From a bacterium (GTDB lineage Bacteria; UBA8248), in contig OZ244799.1 in the NCBI GenBank assembly GCA_965219955.1, forward strand, positions 1,120,001-1,184,000: a stretch of DNA of 64,000 nt, in the 5' to 3' direction. The notes beneath the pieces are model-generated. The model was not told the origin of the DNA and did no database searches. It saw only the letters and a list, made by a program, of their open reading frames with translations. The position numbers and the translations under genes were made by a program. Each line of letters begins with the position of its first letter. Position 1 is the first letter of the stretch. Of this stretch, positions 20,501-31,266 are shown piece by piece.

Positions 20501-21397
20501 ATGGGGGGCTTCATATTGAACCCCGCCTGTGACAAGCGCCAGTCTTTCCCGCGCCGGAAAGGTCGCTTTCCGCTGCGGAGAGCTATCTTCTCGGGTTTTC
20601 TCGTCTTGTCGGCGCTCATCTTCTCGTCCACTTTTGCGTGGGCGGTCGATGGCATCTGCAAGCCGGGGATCGTCCGCCACGACGGGAGTTTCATCCCCGT
20701 CTCGATGAGGGGCGGATGGGCGAGGGTTCGGCAAGCGCGCGAGGTTCGGCTGAAGTTCCTGGGCCACTCGAGTTTCCTGATCGAGGCCCCGGGAGGCGGG
20801 CGGGCCGTCATGGACCCCTACGTCATCCCCATCCTGGATCCGCCGCCGGATGCCGTCACCGTCAGCAATTTTCATGAGACCCACTCGATGACGGGGCCCT
20901 ACCTGGGCAAGTCGGAGATTTTTTTCGGCGTGACGAAAGAGGGAAAGCCCAACGCGATCGACGAGAAATTCGGGAACCTGAGGATCGCCTCTTTCCCCCA
21001 GGTGGACGGGGACGAGAACCATCCTTTCGTCCTGAACACCATCCATGTCTTTCAGGCGGGCGGGATTTGCGTCGCCCATTTCGGCAACGCGCGCTTCGGC
21101 CCCTCGCCCGGGCAGATACGCGCGCTGGGGAAAATCCACGTCCTGCTGCTCCCGATAGACGGCTCGTTCACGGTCCCCCACGAGGTGGCGGCCAAGATCA
21201 CCAAGCGCATCGGGCCCAACATCGTGATACCGATGCACTATTTTGGCCCCGAATTGACCGGCGAGTTCGAAAAGGCCCTGAAGGCGGAGGGAATCACGAG
21301 AGTCGTTCGCCCGAAGGAGACCGAACTCGTGCTCACGCGCAAAAGACTGCCGCCGCCCACGACCTATGTGGTGTTGCCCGATGTCAACGTCCCGTAA
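20501..21397 (+). CDS. MBL-fold metallo-hydrolase-like protein with N-terminal signal/anchor
   Basis: FLGHSSFLIE, MDPY, LLLPIDG and VIPMHY. The metal motif is degenerate (SNFHETH, HFGN). Confidence 0.82.
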   Translation: MGGFILNPACDKRQSFPRRKGRFPLRRAIFSGFLVLSALIFSSTFAWAVDGICKPGIVRHDGSFIPVSMRGGWARVRQAREVRLKFLGHSSFLIEAPGGGRAVMDPYVIPILDPPPDAVTVSNFHETHSMTGPYLGKSEIFFGVTKEGKPNAIDEKFGNLRIASFPQVDGDENHPFVLNTIHVFQAGGICVAHFGNARFGPSPGQIRALGKIHVLLLPIDGSFTVPHEVAAKITKRIGPNIVIPMHYFGPELTGEFEKALKAEGITRVVRPKETELVLTRKRLPPPTTYVVLPDVNVP

Positions 21398-22229
21398 TTC
21401 TTTCCTGAGCCGGCGCGTGTTCATCGCCCGCGCCGCCATGGCGGCAGCCGCGCTGCTCGGCCTGCCCGGGCGGGCGAATGCGCAGTCGAATCCTCCTTTG
21501 AGCGAATGGCAAAAGAATCTTTTTCCGCGTTCCTCCGAGGAGGAAAAGACGTTTCTCCCCGATTTCACGCCGGCGCAGCTGCGCTACTCCGGCGGACGCT
21601 GGCAGGAATATCCCACGGCGATGGCTTCCTTTCTCGATGAGGTGCAAAAGCGCACGAGCATCGAAACCGCACGGGATGCGCAGGCGGTCGACATCTCCTC
21701 GCCCGAAATTTTCGAATATCCTTTTCTCTACATGGCGGGGCGTTACGAATTCGAGATGCCCGACGCCAGGGCGATAGACAACCTGAGGCGGCACCTCACC
21801 TACGGGGGGTTTTTGCTCATCGACGACGGCTTGGGGCTCGAGGAGGAGGCCTTCGGCGGCGCGGTCAGGAAACTCATGCGCCTCGTCTTTCCCAGGAACG
21901 CCCTCGAGGCGCTCCAGCGCGAGCATGCCGCTTTCAAGAGCTATTATCTGATTCGCTCCATCGGCGGGCGCCAGGCCGTGAGCCAGGATTTGATGGGCAT
22001 CAACGTAGGGATGTTCACGCCCGTCATCTTCTGCCGGAACGACCTGGGGGGCGCCTGGGCGAGGGGGCCCGGCGGCGGATGGCTGGAGGAATGCACCCCC
22101 GGCGGCGAGACGCAGCGCCTCGCGGCCTTTCAACTCGCGGTGAACATCGCCCTCTATGCGATGACGGGCAACTACAAGCAAGACCTCATCCACCACCCCT
22201 TCATCCAGCGCAGGCTGAACCAGGGCTAG
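21381..22229 (+). CDS. DUF4159 domain protein with twin-arginine signal-like N-terminus
   Basis: SRRVFI + hydrophobic stretch + ANA, then YPFLYMAG, LRRHLTYGGFLLIDD, NDLGGAW and VNIALYAMTGNYKQD. Confidence 0.85.
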   Translation: MSTSRNSFLSRRVFIARAAMAAAALLGLPGRANAQSNPPLSEWQKNLFPRSSEEEKTFLPDFTPAQLRYSGGRWQEYPTAMASFLDEVQKRTSIETARDAQAVDISSPEIFEYPFLYMAGRYEFEMPDARAIDNLRRHLTYGGFLLIDDGLGLEEEAFGGAVRKLMRLVFPRNALEALQREHAAFKSYYLIRSIGGRQAVSQDLMGINVGMFTPVIFCRNDLGGAWARGPGGGWLEECTPGGETQRLAAFQLAVNIALYAMTGNYKQDLIHHPFIQRRLNQG

Positions 22230-24575
22230 ATGATGGACTGGTCCACACTCCATTGGCCCGGCGGCGCGCCCTGGTGGGTGCTCGTCATCGTTGCGGCCGG
22301 ACTGGGCTGGGCGCTCGTCCGCAGGCACCGCGACTTGACCGAGAAACTCCCGCCGAGGCGCGTCTGGCTTCTTCAGGGGCTGAGGGCCCTCCTGTATGCC
22401 GCGATCGTATTTTTTCTCTCCGGCCCCACGCTGATCGACAGGCGCGAGCGCTCCCTGCCGCCCAAACTGCTCGTACTCCTCGACAGTTCGGCGAGCATGA
22501 GCGTTCAGGACGCGAACAGCAGGAAAACGCGCATCGACCTGGCGAAGGATTTCCTGCTGGTCCCGAAGAAGCCCGGACAAGTACAGGCCCCTGAAGGGGA
22601 GGAGCCGGATGATCCGCCCACGAGCCTGCTCGCGGATCTCAGAGAGCTCTACGACGTGCAGCTCGCTCGCTACGATGCCGGCAGGACCCCCATCGGTGTG
22701 AAGGATCTCGAAACCCTCCAGGCCCGGGGCGTGGGCAGCGATCCGCTGGGCGCCATCCGGGGCGCTCTGCGCAGCGCCCGGGAGACGCGCGCTCCGGCGG
22801 GAGAGGGGAAGCAGAAAAACCAGGACGGCCCCCTCGGCATCCTGATGCTCACGGACGGAGGGGACACCACCGAAGCGGCGCTTCCGCCCGGGGACGTGAA
22901 ATCCTTTCCGCCCCTCATCGGCGTGGGCTTCGGGGCGCCGGATTCCTTCCGCGACATCGCCATTCAGGATATTCAGGCCCCGCGCATCGCCTTTCAGGGA
23001 AAGGAGATGAGCCTGGAGGTCTCGCTCTCGGTCAAGGGCTTTTCCGGCCGCAAACTGCCGGTCGCCCTGACGCGCGAGGGCCGCATCATCAGAACCCGGT
23101 CGATTGACGTCAGGCGCAGCCCGTTGCGTCGTCTCGTGAAATTCCGCTTTACGCCGAGTGAGGTGGGAAGCCAGGTGTTGAGCGTGGTCACGCCCGTTCA
23201 GCGCGGCGAGATCGTGGAGTCGAACAACCGCGTCGAGATTCCCCTGGAAGTGAGGCGGGACAAGATTCGGGTGCTGACGATTACGGGTTCCCCCACGTGG
23301 AACTACCGGTTCCTGCGCATGGCGCTCAAGCGGGACCCCGCCATCGACCTCGTGTCGTTCGTCTTCCTGAGAACCTCGGAGGATGACCCGGGCGTTCCGA
23401 CCCGGCACCTGAGCCTCGTGCCGTTCCCGGTGGACAAGCTGTTCCTGGAGGAACTCAAGAATTTCGAGATTGTGGTTTTCGACAATTTCTCCGCCCAGGA
23501 GTACTTCAGCAACTACTACCTCAGGCGCGTGGAGGATTACGTCCGGAAAGGCGGGGCGCTGCTCATGTTCGGCGGCAGGCAGTCCTTCAGCGCCGGCGGA
23601 TACTACCGGAGCCCCATCGAGGACCTCCTGCCCGTGCGCCTGCAGCAGGAAAGCGATTATCAGGACCAAAGGCGCCTGCTTGCTCAGCTGACGCCTGTCG
23701 GCGGGAGACATCCCATCACGCAGCTCTCCTCGGATCTCGAGGAAAACAAGAAGTTCTGGACTTCTTTCCCCCCCTTGAGGCGCGTCAACGCAACGACGCC
23801 GTTCGGAAAAGGGCAGATTCTCGTTTCCACGAAAGAAGGGAAAACGCCTCTCCTCGCCACGAAGCGGATCGGCGAGGGAAGGGTGGTGAGTGTTTTTTCG
23901 GATGATATCTGGCGATGGAATTTCGGGATGGTGGCCGCGGAGAAGACGAACCGTCTCTACATCCGCCTGGTCGCGCAGATGATCCGCTGGCTTTCGGGCG
24001 ACCCCGGAAGTTCCCAGGTCCAGATTCTTCCCGAGGCGGAGCAGGGCAAGGACAGAACCTACGTCCTCAGGATGCAGGTGAGGGACGAATCCTATCAACC
24101 CGCCCAGACGGCGCAGGTGAAGGTGCAGCTTCGGGACCCCTATGGCGTCACCAACCATTACCGCGCGGTCTATCGCCCGGATTCCCGGGAATTCGAGGTT
24201 CGCTTCCGCCCCCGCGGCAACGGGAGTTACCGGGCGAGGATGACGGCCGTCCAGGACGGGCGGGTCATCGGCGAGGCGGTGCGGACCATCGGCATCGGCA
24301 GAGAGGCGGGCAAGGCGGAGTGGGCCGACGTCAGCCCGCGCTGGGAGAACCTGCAAACGCTGGCGAAAAACACGGGCGGACTCTTTTTCCGGGCCGACGC
24401 GGTGGGGAATGAGGATTTGACCGCCCGCGTTCTGGAGGCCTTGAAGGGCAAGGTGCCGCACAGGGTGATGGAAGTGCGCGACGTGCGCCTCTGGAGCATT
24501 CCCTGGATCGCGATGGCGCTCATCCTGCTGCCGGGCCTGGAGTGGACCATACGGCGCTTGTGGGGCCTGGCTTAA
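22230..24575 (+). CDS. Membrane protein with vWA-like, Ig-like and class-I glutamine-amidotransferase-like domains
   Basis: N-terminal TM segments, LLDSSASM and MLTDG MIDAS-like motifs, WNYRFLRMALKRDP, YVRKGGALLMFGG, WRW, and C-terminal TM ending LEWTIRRLWGLA. Confidence 0.82.
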   Translation: MMDWSTLHWPGGAPWWVLVIVAAGLGWALVRRHRDLTEKLPPRRVWLLQGLRALLYAAIVFFLSGPTLIDRRERSLPPKLLVLLDSSASMSVQDANSRKTRIDLAKDFLLVPKKPGQVQAPEGEEPDDPPTSLLADLRELYDVQLARYDAGRTPIGVKDLETLQARGVGSDPLGAIRGALRSARETRAPAGEGKQKNQDGPLGILMLTDGGDTTEAALPPGDVKSFPPLIGVGFGAPDSFRDIAIQDIQAPRIAFQGKEMSLEVSLSVKGFSGRKLPVALTREGRIIRTRSIDVRRSPLRRLVKFRFTPSEVGSQVLSVVTPVQRGEIVESNNRVEIPLEVRRDKIRVLTITGSPTWNYRFLRMALKRDPAIDLVSFVFLRTSEDDPGVPTRHLSLVPFPVDKLFLEELKNFEIVVFDNFSAQEYFSNYYLRRVEDYVRKGGALLMFGGRQSFSAGGYYRSPIEDLLPVRLQQESDYQDQRRLLAQLTPVGGRHPITQLSSDLEENKKFWTSFPPLRRVNATTPFGKGQILVSTKEGKTPLLATKRIGEGRVVSVFSDDIWRWNFGMVAAEKTNRLYIRLVAQMIRWLSGDPGSSQVQILPEAEQGKDRTYVLRMQVRDESYQPAQTAQVKVQLRDPYGVTNHYRAVYRPDSREFEVRFRPRGNGSYRARMTAVQDGRVIGEAVRTIGIGREAGKAEWADVSPRWENLQTLAKNTGGLFFRADAVGNEDLTARVLEALKGKVPHRVMEVRDVRLWSIPWIAMALILLPGLEWTIRRLWGLA

Positions 24576-24683
24576 GCGTCGGGCCGGCGCGCGCTTTTGG
24601 CTGTTACCGCCCGTTCATGTATTTTGTGTAATATACATGAAATTGTACGCTGTCGCCGTTTATCCATATGAAGGAAACGAGAG

Positions 24684-27600
24684 ATGGCCGAGCAATCTTT
24701 CAAGAAGATAAACGAGTTCCTCGATTCCGTAATTCGCGCACGCCTCAAGGTCAGGCGCCTCGAGGCGGGGATGGTGCTGCTGCTGGGCGTCCTGGCCGTT
24801 TTTCTGCTGGCCCCGGCGGCGGTGGTCGCGCAGCCCATCTATGGGTATTCCGCCATCACCTACGCCGGGACGGCGGTTCTTCTGCTGGGCGTGACGCTCA
24901 TCCGCTGCTGGTGGCTGGCGACCCGCCGCCCCAGACGCGAGAGCATCGCCCTCGACATCGAGGAAACCCACCCGGACCTGGGCAGCAACCTCATCAGTTC
25001 GCTGCAGCTTTTCCCGCGCAAAGGAGAGCTCGGCGATGACGACCCCACCTCGCCCGCGCTCATCGACGCGTTGGTGAACGACACCCACCGGGAAGTGGAG
25101 CCGCTCGACCCGGAGGCTTATGTCTCCCACGCCGGCTTTCAAAGGCTCGGGCGGCTCGCCGGCGTTCTGACCATCGCGGTGCTTCTCATGGCGTTCATCT
25201 GGCCGGGGCTGTACCCGCGCGCGGGTTACCTTCTGGCGAACGCGGCGGACCTCATGCCCTCGCGCATCACGAACCTGGAGATTTGGGCGGAGCGCACCAC
25301 GGTTCTCCCCGGGATGCCCACGGCGTTCGAGGTGAAGACCACGGGCCGTGAGACGGATGCCGTCGAGCTGGAAGTGCGGCAAGGCGCCGGGTCCGGGGCG
25401 AGCATCGCCATGGAGAAGGTGGCTCCCCACCATTTCCGCTCTCGCTGGCTGGCCGCCGGTGACCTGGCGCGCGTCACGGCCCGGACGGGCAGGTTCCGCT
25501 CGCGGACGATCGAGGTCCGCGTGGTCGCCCCGCCGAGGGTGGAATCCATCGAAGTCGTTCAGTATCCGCCCGAGTATACGAAGCTCAAACCCGGCCCGGG
25601 GAAAAACGGCGGCCACATCCGCGCCTACATGGGTTCCGAGGTTCAACTGGCCGTGAAGACGAACAAGCCGGTTCAGGAGGCGCTCATCGCGCTGGCCGAC
25701 GGCTGGCGGTTGCCGCTCAACCCCTCAGAGGAGGGCGGTTCGCTGGGCGGGAAGATGATCCTGGGCGGCGCGGGCTCTTATCAGGTGCGCTTGAAGGATG
25801 CGCACGGCTTTTCGAATCTCGCGCCCCAGCGCTACCAGATCGACATCATCCCCGACGCCTATCCCGTCGTAATGGTGACGCATCCGGAAAAGGACCTCAC
25901 GGTGGAGGCCGACGAGCAGGTGACCGTGAAGTACCGGGCGTCCGATGATTTCGGGCTCAAGAGCGTATATCTCGAAATCAGGCTCGGGAGCGGCCGTCCG
26001 AGGAGAATCAGGGTGTGGGGCGGCGAGGCCCCAAAGAAGGACGTGCTCGGACGCTATGAGTTCGACCTCAGGTCCATGGGAATCAAGCCGGGGGGGATCC
26101 TCTCCTATCGCTTCATCGCCCCTGACGTGGATACGGTGAGCGGCCCCAAGTTCGGGACGAGCAAAGTCTACCGGATCAAGATCCGCGACCGGGAAGCCGT
26201 GATAGCCGGGCTGGACAGGAATCTGGGAGAGATTTCGAACGAACTCCTCGACCTGCTGGGCGATTACCTGGAAAAGGACCTGCCGCCGGAAGAGAAGGCG
26301 AAAGGGGCGAAGGAAACCGGCAAGCTCGCTGACTCCATCGAGGCGAAGGCCGCCGGAATCCTGGAACGCATCAAGCGCACGAGAGCGATGCTCAGGCCCA
26401 AGAACCCGCGCGAGACGCTCTCCGACATGGATCTCTCCACGCTGCAGCGTCAACTGCGGGACGCGATTTCGCAATACCTGAAACCCCTCTCGCAACTCTC
26501 GAAATTGGGGAAGAACGCCGGTTCGGAAAGGGAAAGGCTGAACCGCGAGATAGCCGCCCGGCAGGAAGAGGCGACGGAAACGCTGGAGCGTCTCGCCACG
26601 ATGAGCGAGGAGATACAGCGCAACGTCCGGGTGGACAGGGCGGGCCGCACGACGGAATCGATGATCCAGAGGCAAAGGGCCATCGAGCAGGCATTAGAGA
26701 AAATGCGGAGGATGGGCGGGGACCAGGAGGCGATCAACCGGGTGGAGAAGGAGCTCGAGAAACTCAGGACGGAGCTGGGCAAGCTGATGCAGCAGATGGC
26801 TTCTCTGGCCCGGCGCATGCCCGCGGAATTCATGAACCAGCGCAGCATGCGCGAGATGCCCATGCAGGACATGATGCGCGCCTTCGAGCGGATTCGCGAG
26901 ATGATGCGCCAGAACAATTTCCAGGGCGCGCTGGAGCAGCTCAGGCGCCTCATGAGCCAGTTGCAGAGGATGCGCATGGCGTTGCGCGGCATGCAGCGCC
27001 AGCAGATGATGAGCCAGCGCGGGGGCCGGCCCATCAGGCGCCAGCAAAGCGAACTGGCGTCCATCGTGGAGGAGCAGCAGGCCATCCTGGGCGAGACGGT
27101 CGGCGTGCTGGAAAACGTGGTGGACCGCCTCAAGAAGAAATGGCCGGGAGAGGTCGCCGCCGCGTCGCGCAGCGCCCGGGCGTACTGGAAAACAGCGAGC
27201 GAGTCGGCCGCAAAGCCGCTCCCGCCGGATTGTTTCCCGGAGGCCGAGCCCGTGAAGCAGGCCGAACCGGCGGAGCCTGAGATATCGATGCTCGGCCGGC
27301 CCGAAACGCAGAAGAAACTCTCTCCCCGGGCGCAGGCGGAGAAAATCCAGCGCGAGAAGATGCGTGCGCTCTCCGAGTTCGACACCATGCTGAAAAAGGG
27401 CGAGTGGGGGATCATCTTCCAGAGACTGCCGGAGTGGGCGGCCAGGCTCGAGAGGTCGCCTTGCGTCCGTCCCGAGCAGATAGCGGAGAGGGAAAAAGAT
27501 GCGCCGAAGGTGGCGAGGCGCGAAAAAGGGCCGGGGTCTGCGACGCAGCAGGATGCGCGGGAGGGAATCAGGCCCGAGCCCTGGGCCTGGCAAAAGGATG

Positions 27601-28451
27601 CGGACGTGACGCCTGAGCAGAAGGCGGCGAGGCGCCTGAAAGAACAGGGCGCCGCCGTCCTGACGGGAGAACTGACGAAGAGGGTGCTCGAGTTGATAGG
27701 CCCGGCTCCTTCGCCGCAGAGGCCTTCGCTTGAAATTCTGGAGAGTATGGCGTCGCTCCCGCTTGGCGGGATGAGGTTTGGGCCTGCGCCCACTGAGCCC
27801 GCCTCCCCGAAGGAATTGGCGAAGCGCGCGGGGCGGCTTTTGGAGAAATCAGAAAAAGACGCGGGCGGCACGGAAATCGCCAAGCTCGACGGCCTGCGCC
27901 TCAGGCAGGACGCCCTGCGCAAGCGCCTGGAGGTATTCGAGCGTCACTTGCGCCAGATGATGCAGGTGTATCCGTTCATCAACCCGGGCATCGTGCGGAG
28001 AATCACCGAGGCGGGAGAAGCGATGAGGCGAGCTGCCGCTTCTTTGGGAGAGCGCAGTTCCTCGCGCGCGGTGCCCCCCGAGGAGGAGGCGATACGCAAG
28101 CTCGCCCAGGGGCAGAACTCCATGCAGCAGGCCATGCAGCAGATGGCCCAGCGGGGCAGCCTGGGAATGGGCACCCCCCGGGGCTTCGGCACCTTGGGGC
28201 CGGGCAGGGGCGGGAACAGGCCGTGGTGGTCGAGGAACCCGAATTTTCCCCAGCCGCAGGGCTCGAACCGGCGGGGACGGGAGGAGGACGGGAATCTCGG
28301 CACCCAGTTCAGCGAGGTTCTCATTCCGGATCGGGAGCAATACAAGGTGCCCGCCAAGTACCGTGAGGAGATCATGGAGGCGATGAAGGACGGCCTGCCG
28401 AGCGGGATGCGCGGTGAAATCGAGGATTATTTCGACAGGCTGACGAAATAA
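24684..28451 (+). CDS. DUF4175-like large membrane-anchored coiled-coil protein
   Basis: 3 N-terminal TM segments, YPPEYT, IPDAYP, ASDDFGL, a long Q/E/M/R-rich helical region and C-terminal IEDYFDRL. Confidence 0.8.
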   Translation: MAEQSFKKINEFLDSVIRARLKVRRLEAGMVLLLGVLAVFLLAPAAVVAQPIYGYSAITYAGTAVLLLGVTLIRCWWLATRRPRRESIALDIEETHPDLGSNLISSLQLFPRKGELGDDDPTSPALIDALVNDTHREVEPLDPEAYVSHAGFQRLGRLAGVLTIAVLLMAFIWPGLYPRAGYLLANAADLMPSRITNLEIWAERTTVLPGMPTAFEVKTTGRETDAVELEVRQGAGSGASIAMEKVAPHHFRSRWLAAGDLARVTARTGRFRSRTIEVRVVAPPRVESIEVVQYPPEYTKLKPGPGKNGGHIRAYMGSEVQLAVKTNKPVQEALIALADGWRLPLNPSEEGGSLGGKMILGGAGSYQVRLKDAHGFSNLAPQRYQIDIIPDAYPVVMVTHPEKDLTVEADEQVTVKYRASDDFGLKSVYLEIRLGSGRPRRIRVWGGEAPKKDVLGRYEFDLRSMGIKPGGILSYRFIAPDVDTVSGPKFGTSKVYRIKIRDREAVIAGLDRNLGEISNELLDLLGDYLEKDLPPEEKAKGAKETGKLADSIEAKAAGILERIKRTRAMLRPKNPRETLSDMDLSTLQRQLRDAISQYLKPLSQLSKLGKNAGSERERLNREIAARQEEATETLERLATMSEEIQRNVRVDRAGRTTESMIQRQRAIEQALEKMRRMGGDQEAINRVEKELEKLRTELGKLMQQMASLARRMPAEFMNQRSMREMPMQDMMRAFERIREMMRQNNFQGALEQLRRLMSQLQRMRMALRGMQRQQMMSQRGGRPIRRQQSELASIVEEQQAILGETVGVLENVVDRLKKKWPGEVAAASRSARAYWKTASESAAKPLPPDCFPEAEPVKQAEPAEPEISMLGRPETQKKLSPRAQAEKIQREKMRALSEFDTMLKKGEWGIIFQRLPEWAARLERSPCVRPEQIAEREKDAPKVARREKGPGSATQQDAREGIRPEPWAWQKDADVTPEQKAARRLKEQGAAVLTGELTKRVLELIGPAPSPQRPSLEILESMASLPLGGMRFGPAPTEPASPKELAKRAGRLLEKSEKDAGGTEIAKLDGLRLRQDALRKRLEVFERHLRQMMQVYPFINPGIVRRITEAGEAMRRAAASLGERSSSRAVPPEEEAIRKLAQGQNSMQQAMQQMAQRGSLGMGTPRGFGTLGPGRGGNRPWWSRNPNFPQPQGSNRRGREEDGNLGTQFSEVLIPDREQYKVPAKYREEIMEAMKDGLPSGMRGEIEDYFDRLTK

Positions 28452-30172
28452 TGCGTAAAAAATTACTCACAGGTCTCATTTGCGTTTTTCTGATCGCGGC
28501 TTTCGCTCCTTCCGCGTGGACGCATACCGTCAACCGTGCGGTGCCTCTCTCGAAGGCCGTGAAGCGGCCGGATGGTTACCGCGCGGTGGTGGACGAGCTC
28601 CGGGCGTGGAATCTGGCGGCCGCGAGGAAGAAAATCGCATCGCTCGAAGCCGGTTCTCCCGGCCGGGCGGAATGGCGGGCGCTCTCGGGAGCCGCGGATT
28701 ACCTGGAAGGACGATTCTCCGAGTCGATCGTCAATCTCAACGCCGCGCTCAAGAAAAAACCCGGAGACGGCGAATGGCTTGAACTCAGGCTCCACGTGCG
28801 CCAGACGCAAACCGCGGTGCAGGGATTCAAGGCGCACAAGACGGCGCATTTCGACATCTGGTACGAACCGGGCGAGGACGCCGTTCTGCTGCCTTACCTG
28901 GGCGATGCGCTGGAGAAGGCCTATGCGCGCTACGGGGAGATATTGGGCTTGCGGCCGGAGCAGCGGATTCGCGTGGAACTTTTTTCGAATTCGGTCCGCT
29001 TCCACCGCTCATCCACGCTCTCGCGGCGGGACATCGAGGAGAAGGGCGCGGTCGGGGTCTGCAAGTTCAACAAGATAATGTTCTTATCCCCCGGCGCGCT
29101 CCTTCGGGGCTATCGCTGGCTCGATACCGCGGCGCACGAATACGTCCACTACCTCGTCGTGCTGGCGACGAAGAACCGCGCCCCCATCTGGCTGCACGAG
29201 GGAATCGCCAAATACCTGGAGAAAAGTTGGAAGGGCGGGGAGAGGAAAGGCTATCTCCACCCGGGCGAGGAGGCCTTGCTGTTCAAGGCGAGGGAGACGA
29301 ACAACTACGTTCCGTTCAAGAAGATGGAGCCTAGCCTCATCTATCTCGATACCCCGCAGGAGGTGCACCTGGCCTACGCGGAAGCGGCTTCGGCCGTGGA
29401 TTTCATCTACCGCAGGATGGGTGAGGGCGCGCTCGTCCGCCTGCTGGCGGGCATCCGGGAGGCCTCGCCCGCGCAAAAGCTGCAGGGCGCGCCGGCGCTT
29501 GGAGAAGAAAACCCCGGGATGCGGCATCAAAGGCGGGCGAGCCTCGTTGAGCTCGAATCCACCGGTCCGCCCCAGAGTGCCGAGCCGGGCCTTCGACTGG
29601 TCGCCGGAGTCGACCTGGGCGGATTCGAGAGGCTCTGGATAGAAGACCTCAAGAAACTCCCCCTGCGCGAGCAAGCGGGCTCGCAGGTCATGCTGCCGAA
29701 GCTCAAGCCCAAGGGGCCGATGGGTGAGCGCTCGATCGATTTGGCGGCGCTCAAGAGCGCCGTGGCCAGAAGGCGCATGCGGCTGGGCGACAGGCTCTCG
29801 TTCCGGGGAAGGATGCGGGCGGCGCTGATCGAATACCGCCGCGCCTTGCGCGATGAGCCGTACTCCCAGCCCCTTCTCAACCGCGCGGCGCAGGTCGAGA
29901 TACACCTGGGCATGATTCCCCAGGCCGAGCGGCACATTAAAAGAGCGCTGGAGGTGGACCCGGATTACGCCATGACGCACGTGCACCGGGCGCTGGCGAG
30001 CGAGATGGGCGGAAACGCGGAGAGCGCCCTCAGGGCGTGGGAGGAGGTGGTGCAGATCAATCCCTTCATTCGAGTGGTTCATGAGCGCCTGCTGGCGCAT
30101 TACGAAAGAACGGGGCAGACGGAAAAGGCGAAGCGAGAGCGTGAAGTGCTTCGCGCCATGTCGTCCCGCTAA
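28451..30172 (+). CDS. Exported TPR protein with a peptidase MA-like (gluzincin) domain
   Basis: Signal peptide, AHEYVH (HEXXH), PIWLHEGIA third ligand, AYAEA, and TPR-like repeats at both ends. Confidence 0.82.
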   Translation: MRKKLLTGLICVFLIAAFAPSAWTHTVNRAVPLSKAVKRPDGYRAVVDELRAWNLAAARKKIASLEAGSPGRAEWRALSGAADYLEGRFSESIVNLNAALKKKPGDGEWLELRLHVRQTQTAVQGFKAHKTAHFDIWYEPGEDAVLLPYLGDALEKAYARYGEILGLRPEQRIRVELFSNSVRFHRSSTLSRRDIEEKGAVGVCKFNKIMFLSPGALLRGYRWLDTAAHEYVHYLVVLATKNRAPIWLHEGIAKYLEKSWKGGERKGYLHPGEEALLFKARETNNYVPFKKMEPSLIYLDTPQEVHLAYAEAASAVDFIYRRMGEGALVRLLAGIREASPAQKLQGAPALGEENPGMRHQRRASLVELESTGPPQSAEPGLRLVAGVDLGGFERLWIEDLKKLPLREQAGSQVMLPKLKPKGPMGERSIDLAALKSAVARRRMRLGDRLSFRGRMRAALIEYRRALRDEPYSQPLLNRAAQVEIHLGMIPQAERHIKRALEVDPDYAMTHVHRALASEMGGNAESALRAWEEVVQINPFIRVVHERLLAHYERTGQTEKAKREREVLRAMSSR

Positions 30173-30190
30173 ATCGAGAGGCGATACGCA

Positions 30191-31243
30191 ATGAACGAAG
30201 CGACGGATGATGTGAGAAACGAAGAATCGAACATGAGCGAGGTGGACGTGGAGATAGCGCGCGAGATCGGCCTGAAGCGCGACGCCATTCTCGAGCAGGT
30301 GCACAAGATCATCGTCGGACAGGCGGAGGTCATCGACCTGGTCCTGATAGCCCTGCTTTCGAAAGGCCACTCCCTTCTGGTCGGCGTGCCGGGCCTGGCG
30401 AAAACCTTGCTGATACGCACCCTGGCCCGCGTGCTGCAGCTTGATTTCAACCGCATCCAGTTCACGCCCGATCTGATGCCCTCGGACATCACGGGCACGG
30501 ACATCCTGGATGACACCACCGAGGGGAGGCGCTCTTTCCGCTTCATTCGCGGCCCCATCTTCACCCAGATTCTGCTGGCGGACGAGATTAACCGCACGTC
30601 GCCCAAGACACAGGCGGCTCTTCTGCAGGCCATGCAGGAGTTGCACGTGACGGCCGGCGGGCAGGCGCACTACCTGAACCCGCCGTTTTTCGTTCTCGCG
30701 ACCCAGAACCCCGTGGAGCAGGAGGGCACGTATCCGCTGCCCGAGGCCCAGCTGGACAGGTTCATGTTCGAGATCGGGGTGTCGTATCCCAGCCTCGCGG
30801 AGGAGAAGGAAATCGTCGCTCAGACGACTTCGAACTACGATCCCAAGCTCGAAGAGATCATGGACAACGAGCAGATTCTGGCCTTTCAGGGACTGGTGCG
30901 CCGGGTGCCTGCGGCTCCCTACGTGGTGGAATACGCGGTGTCGCTCGCGCGCGCATCCCGCCCCGACGACGAGAGCGCTCCTGATTTCGTCCGCCAGTAC
31001 GTGGAGTGGGGCGCGGGGCCGAGGGCGAGCCAGTATCTGATTCTGGGGGCGCGGGCGCGGGCGCTGCTCCGGGGGCGCTACGCCGCCACCATCGAGGACG
31101 TGCGGGCGCTGGCCGAGCCCGTGCTGCGGCACCGGATTCTGGTGAACTTCCGCGGGCAGGCGGAAGGCCACGACTCCGTCTCGCTGATACGGCAGCTGCT
31201 CGAAGCCATCACGCCCCCGGCGGAGGCCACCGAAGCCGCGTAG
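30191..31243 (+). CDS. MoxR family AAA+ ATPase
   Basis: [52 protein letters not shown] and VLRHR. Confidence 0.96.
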   Translation: MNEATDDVRNEESNMSEVDVEIAREIGLKRDAILEQVHKIIVGQAEVIDLVLIALLSKGHSLLVGVPGLAKTLLIRTLARVLQLDFNRIQFTPDLMPSDITGTDILDDTTEGRRSFRFIRGPIFTQILLADEINRTSPKTQAALLQAMQELHVTAGGQAHYLNPPFFVLATQNPVEQEGTYPLPEAQLDRFMFEIGVSYPSLAEEKEIVAQTTSNYDPKLEEIMDNEQILAFQGLVRRVPAAPYVVEYAVSLARASRPDDESAPDFVRQYVEWGAGPRASQYLILGARARALLRGRYAATIEDVRALAEPVLRHRILVNFRGQAEGHDSVSLIRQLLEAITPPAEATEAA

Positions 31244-31266
31244 ACGCCTGCTCAAAGAGGATCGCC

